Shown here one piece after another: positions 58,604 through 64,000 of a stretch of DNA of 64,000 nt. Made by a program: the position numbers and the translations under genes. Each line of letters begins with the position of its first letter. Positions within the stretch are counted from its first letter, which is position 1. The DNA is taken from the NCBI GenBank assembly GCA_964016885.1, contig OZ024745.1, forward strand, positions 53,134,001 to 53,198,000, read 5' to 3'. The notes under the pieces were generated by a model. It made no database searches, was not told the origin of the DNA, and saw only the letters and a program-made list of their open reading frames with translations. The DNA is from Eledone cirrhosa. Its lineage: Eukaryota.

Positions 58604-59029
58604 ATTTAGACAGTGTCGGTTACCTCTGTAACATATATAGAGATATATTAATGTATTGTATTCTTCAGCTGCTCAGCACACAATTGAATATATATTTAAA
58701 TTAAATGGCACCACGAGTGGTAATAGTCTACAAAATAGTATGTCTGTTTCAGTGATAATAATATTCAAGACAGAGGGCTTATAAACCCTCAGTTAATTAT
58801 TTTCTCATGTTTCTGTAGCTAATATATATATATCATCTGATGAAAACCCAAAGCTATTTATTATTTTCCAATTTAAGAGACCAGATGATATATTTACATA
58901 TTTTCAATTTAAAAGTAAATATGATATATTTACATATGTATACACTCGTGGTGTAAATTTACATATTTTTGCAATCTCACTGAACATATCATCACTTATC
59001 TCATTTTTTGCACTTACTCGATGAGACTG

Positions 59030-59732
59030 AGATAATCTTCGTTAGCAGTCCCAAGGGCTTCATTTTGTGCAGAGCAGACCAGGTCCACCAGTGCCCTCCA
59101 TCGCTGGCAGTCCTATGACAGCCCCTCTACGTCTTCCAAGGTGAAGTCGAGCCTCTAGAGATCTTCCTTATTCACGTCCAGCCATATTGTTCAGGGCCTT
59201 TTCCAGTCCGCTGCTTCTGCATCAAGTAAGAATCCCTCGTAGGATGATCTTGTGGAAGGCGGAGAACGTCCGTACCAGTGGATACGTTGCATGGCCTTGG
59301 GGTGGAGGCTGCATGATGATGCATGCACGCACGCAGTTCGTTGTCGGAGACATGGTAATACCATCTCAATGCTCCTCAGGGCACTACTATCGAATCCATT
59401 GAACCTCTTTACCAGGCTCACCGAGTGTTGCGTGTGGGTGAACGGGAAGGACTTCGACTGCTTCATATTCTCTCGGGTTTCATATTGGCCCCGACGTCGT
59501 GAGGTTTGTCAGCTTTTTTATCAGTCACCAACAAAAAAGACCTGACTCCAGAGATCAACAACAGATGTGGTCTTCCCGTCGGGGTCATGCACTGCCTGTG
59601 GAAGCTCCTTTGACACCACCGCTCCATCTCCCTGAAGACTAAGTTCTGCAGTTGCAATGAGTCGATCCTCCTGTTCTCCTCTATGAAGCAGAAACGTGGC
59701 CGCTGACGAAGACACTGGCAAAGAGGATTGTA

Positions 59733-59733
<1 letters not shown>
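59030..59733. mobile_element. RTE-clade LINE 3' fragment with a 5' inversion
   Basis: Minus 59030-59418 reads LVKRFNGFDSSALRSI..RWYYHVSDNEL..DHPTR..WKRP. Plus 59430-59733 reads [26 protein letters not shown]. Confidence 0.75.
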
Positions 59734-59773
<40 letters not shown>

Positions 59774-59866
59774 TGTGTGTGAAGATATACCATATATATG
59801 TATATATATATATATGATAGATATGTATGTATATATATATATATACATATCTATCTTTGTATATGA

Positions 59867-59909
<43 letters not shown>

Positions 59910-60429
59910 TATATATATTTGTGCGGGGAGGGCGTGCGTTCGTGTGTGCGTGTCTATATGTATCAATGAATCGTGCTAGGTTCTGGAGAAAGTCAGATAA
60001 AGAAACATTACATATGTAACATTATAAGTCGTTTTATTTCACACCATTATGCTTCAGACTGACTCAATCTTCAGGATTTTGTTTGTCCCCGAGGAAACGT
60101 ATATCGAATTCTTTATACGTTGTGGTTGATGTTTTCTTTCACAAACGCTTCATTATACCACACATCCGAATAGTTTTGAAAAAATTATCATCGTCCCCGT
60201 CATTATCATCCCCATCATCATCATCATTGTCACGACTATTATCATCATCTTCATCATCATTATCATTATCAGCATCAACATAAGCATCAGCAACAGTAGC
60301 GTCAAAGTAAAAGTGAATTGCAAGATTTTATTTTATTTTATTCTATATCAAATGTGTTCGCCTGGTGAAATAGATTTACAGATAAATGATTACAAAGGGA
60401 CAAAAGAAATACAGGAAGAAAAACTGCAA

Positions 60430-60477
<48 letters not shown>

Positions 60478-60506
60478 ATATATATATGTATACATGTATA
60501 TATACA

Positions 60507-60563
<57 letters not shown>

Positions 60564-60592
60564 ATTATATATATATATATATATATTATATA

Positions 60593-60680
<88 letters not shown>

Positions 60681-60716
60681 TGTATATATATATGTATATA
60701 TATATAGATGTATATA

Positions 60717-60749
<33 letters not shown>

Positions 60750-61171
60750 GGATGTGTATGAAGTATTAACTTATAAGTCTTTTAAAGAGCAATTTAAATA
60801 CGAAGCCTGACAATTTTCAAACAGATTTCTTCCAGAAACAAGAAAAATAATATATATCTCGTAAAGTCTTACACATTCTAGGATTCCATACGTTTCATTA
60901 TCGTTTTATTTTCATCGTTGTTTCTATTTGATAACGAAAGTTTTTGATTATCAACTGATGTCCACTTTTCCTCCTTCTCCTACTATTCCCCTCCTGCTTT
61001 TCTTATGCCTCCTCCTCCTCCTCCTCTTCGTCATCATCATCATCCCTATCATCATCATCAGCAGCAGCAGCATCACCACCATCATCATCATCACCATTAT
61101 CATCTTCAACTTCATCATCACCACCATCTTCAATATCATCATCATTATTTTTAAAACTTATTTTTTAAAAA

Positions 61172-61356
61172 GGGCGGTGGATTGCCAGTATCGTTAGAGG
61201 GTCGGACGCCATGCTTTCTAGCATAGTTACGTCCCTTTACAGTCTGAGTTCAAATCCCGCCGAGGTTAACTTTGCCTTTCATCCTTACGGGGTCGATAAA
61301 ATAAAGTACCAGTAATGTACTGGATAATTTCAGGCCTTGTGCCAAAAGTAGAAACA
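61172..61356 (+). mobile_element. Octopod SINE, full length, 18-bp TSD
   Basis: ATTATTTTTAAAACTTAT at 61144-61161 and 61357-61374. Confidence 0.92.
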
Positions 61357-64000
61357 ATTATTTTTAAAACTTATATTAAAATGTGAGCGCATTGTCTCTA
61401 ACGTCTTAGTTATTTATTGTATCATTTCTTTATATTATCTGACTGTTTTAAAATAATCTAATTCACCTGTAATTAATTAATTGATACGCAGTTGATCAAA
61501 GTATTAGAAGCCACACCCTACCATATCTGTTTTGTTTATAAGTTGGTTAAATAAATATAATGAGTGGTTAGCTTATGTGACACGTACTATATATTGTTGA
61601 TGTCTGTGTTAAATATATTGTTTTTTGCCCCAGTACAGCTCTGATTAAGAAAACCTGTAATAAAAAAGAATCCAGGTCATGACAATCTCATATTTTTGTA
61701 TATATGTTATTCAATGAATCCTTGATCATTTCCTAGGGTGTGGTTTGATGGATATTTGTATTTTATTTTATCAACTTAATCACGAGCGTAAAATCTTTTT
61801 ATTTGTCTGATCGTTATACATTTTTTTATTATATTTTATTGTTTTTGTTGCTTTGTATTTGCTCCTGTTCAACCTTGATTGTACAAGCGCATCGCAAATC
61901 ATTCATAATCAACTTGTCTATCGAAGAGCACTATACAATACCCCTCTACGTTGGGATTTAAGGAAGAATTTATTGTTATTTAGAGTCAACGTACAGTTGA
62001 TTCCTCATTGGCATGACTTTATGTCATAATTTTATTTTATTTTGATGGAATCTTCAAATTTTAAAAAATGTTGAGACTCCTAGAAATACCACATTATATA
62101 AATGGTGTTATATTTTGTTTTGATGTATCAATATTTACCATTTTATATCACTGTCAAATGAAAAAATATCGTTAATAACGTTAATATCCATATAGATTAT
62201 GATTTTCAATATGAATTCAAATCATAGTTTAGAGTAAAGAGTAATTTGCGAATATATTTGAAGATGTTAAAAGGATTAGCTTATGTCTTCGATTTCATTA
62301 TAGATTTAAATTTGATTAAATTGTGATACACGAAATTGTATAATTATCCTACATCTTTTTATGATGTTTACCAAGTAGTTCCGAAGTTAAGCGTGTTTAA
62401 TGCGTAACACTCGCAATCAGAATAATATGATAGCTTTTATCAATTATTGTATTATTTCTTTGCGTATATTTTAGAATAAATTTTCGTGTGATGTTTCCTG
62501 GTGTATTGTAAATAGTTCATAGTGTTGAGCTTTTCATATGTTTATATCAAGTTTGTCTTCTGTTAATATCGTTTTAGAATACATTGTGCTGTAGTGAATT
62601 ATGGATTATATTGTTGATGTATTCTACTCTGTCGAGGCCATGTGTTGTGATTTGTTATAAGATGGATTGTTACATTTTATTATTCAATTGACCTAATATC
62701 TTTGTTTCTATATATCTTCATAAATTCTTCTGTCCATATAGGTCAACTGTTTTCTTAAAATATCCCTTCCTACAGTTCATATTATTGTTACTTTATATTT
62801 ATGAAATAAAAATATCCCTTGCTTTCAACAGTTAGCAATGAGACAAGAGCCACATATTGTTACATAACCCTTGTATCGATCGTCTTCGTTATATTAGGAT
62901 TTTAGAATTGTCTCACACCCCTCCAATCATATAGCACAATGTGCCATTAGGAGCTGTAGAAAAAATAAAATACTGAAAAGCAATATCAGTAGTAGGAACA
63001 TATTCCTCATGAATCCTGGAAGTGAAAAAGATCAATACGTATGCAGGCCCCGCAGGCGCTATTAGAACTGAGCATCATATAGTCTTGGGATCAAAACTGA
63101 GCATCAAAAGTCTTGGGATCCCTGATTTCATAGGCAGCGCTCAAATTTCTACCATCACTAGGACTAGCAGAATCCTGCGTAATATATTGAGCCTTTGACA
63201 TCAGGGACTGATCTGAGGCCAATTATTACTCTTCACATAGCAACCTATTGCTGGAGAACCATTAGAAAGAAATTATTGTTGTTGTTATTATTTTTATTGT
63301 GATTTTTTCAAAATGTGTGTGACTTTTTATTGCATTCCCATGTATACCTTAGAATTACTTAGGTGCATGCATCATTGTCGCTTTTGGATGGAGATTTCAG
63401 TTTCGGTTGCCTTTTTGCTTGTTGTTTTGTGTGCAATATTAATATTTCTGCTGTTGCGTATTCTATATGCAATTTGGTTTTCTTTATTTTGTTGGACTAT
63501 GAATGTGTTTCCGATGGGTTGTATAATTGATATTATGTATCTCAGTGACAGATGCTGATTCGGTATATTATGTGATGTTTTGTTTGTGAAGCATTATGTT
63601 TGCAACTCTATAGGATGCGTGTTATGTAGTTTATTGTTATAATAGAACGTAATTCATTCGTATTGCAGCTACTTCAGAATCTAGGATTGAGCAATATTAT
63701 TAAATACCTTCAGACAGTTTTGATGTAAGGGCTTTATTTGCTGCTAGGTAACACGATATAGGCCTATAGTTTTGAGTACTTGTATTTTTTGTATTTTGGC
63801 TCCTTCAGTAAAAACCAAGTATTGATTTTCGTCTGCTTATCACTCCATTAAATGCTTCTTCTATATGCCCATGAATACTGGTCAGATGCTTTCCAATTAC
63901 ATGCAATTCCCAATGCTTTAGTGAATTTCTTGTCGGTTTGAGGAACGATGTTGGCAATGCTATTATGCCTTTTTTTTCTTTCCTTCTGATCCTATGTGAA

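Overview
This is a eukaryotic, AT-rich, microsatellite-dense intergenic or intronic window. The abundant tRNA-derived SINE with the GCCTTTCATCCTTxCGGGGTCGATAAAATAAAGTACCAG block and the repeat landscape point to an octopod cephalopod genome (inference). No host protein-coding exon can be supported, and almost all ORFs in the track are microsatellite artefacts. The window holds decayed retroelements: a near full-length Penelope-like element (PLE) with RT and GIY-YIG domains plus two more PLE fragments, three Tx1-type LINE copies all embedded in (GATA)n, several RTE fragments, a CRE-type RLE fragment, a hAT-type transposase fragment and about ten SINE copies. The main unannotated signal is a dense set of type I hammerhead ribozyme (HHR) motifs from several unrelated PLE-associated families, usually at (TA)n junctions and in fold-back arrangements. 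These include a tandem ~450-bp non-coding repeat at 32948-33935 with one intact minimal HHR per unit (a candidate retrozyme giving a 444-nt monomer or circRNA), a family with covarying stem I, and two HHRs with a compensatory U3:A8 core. All structures were folded by eye; no activity or database evidence is available.
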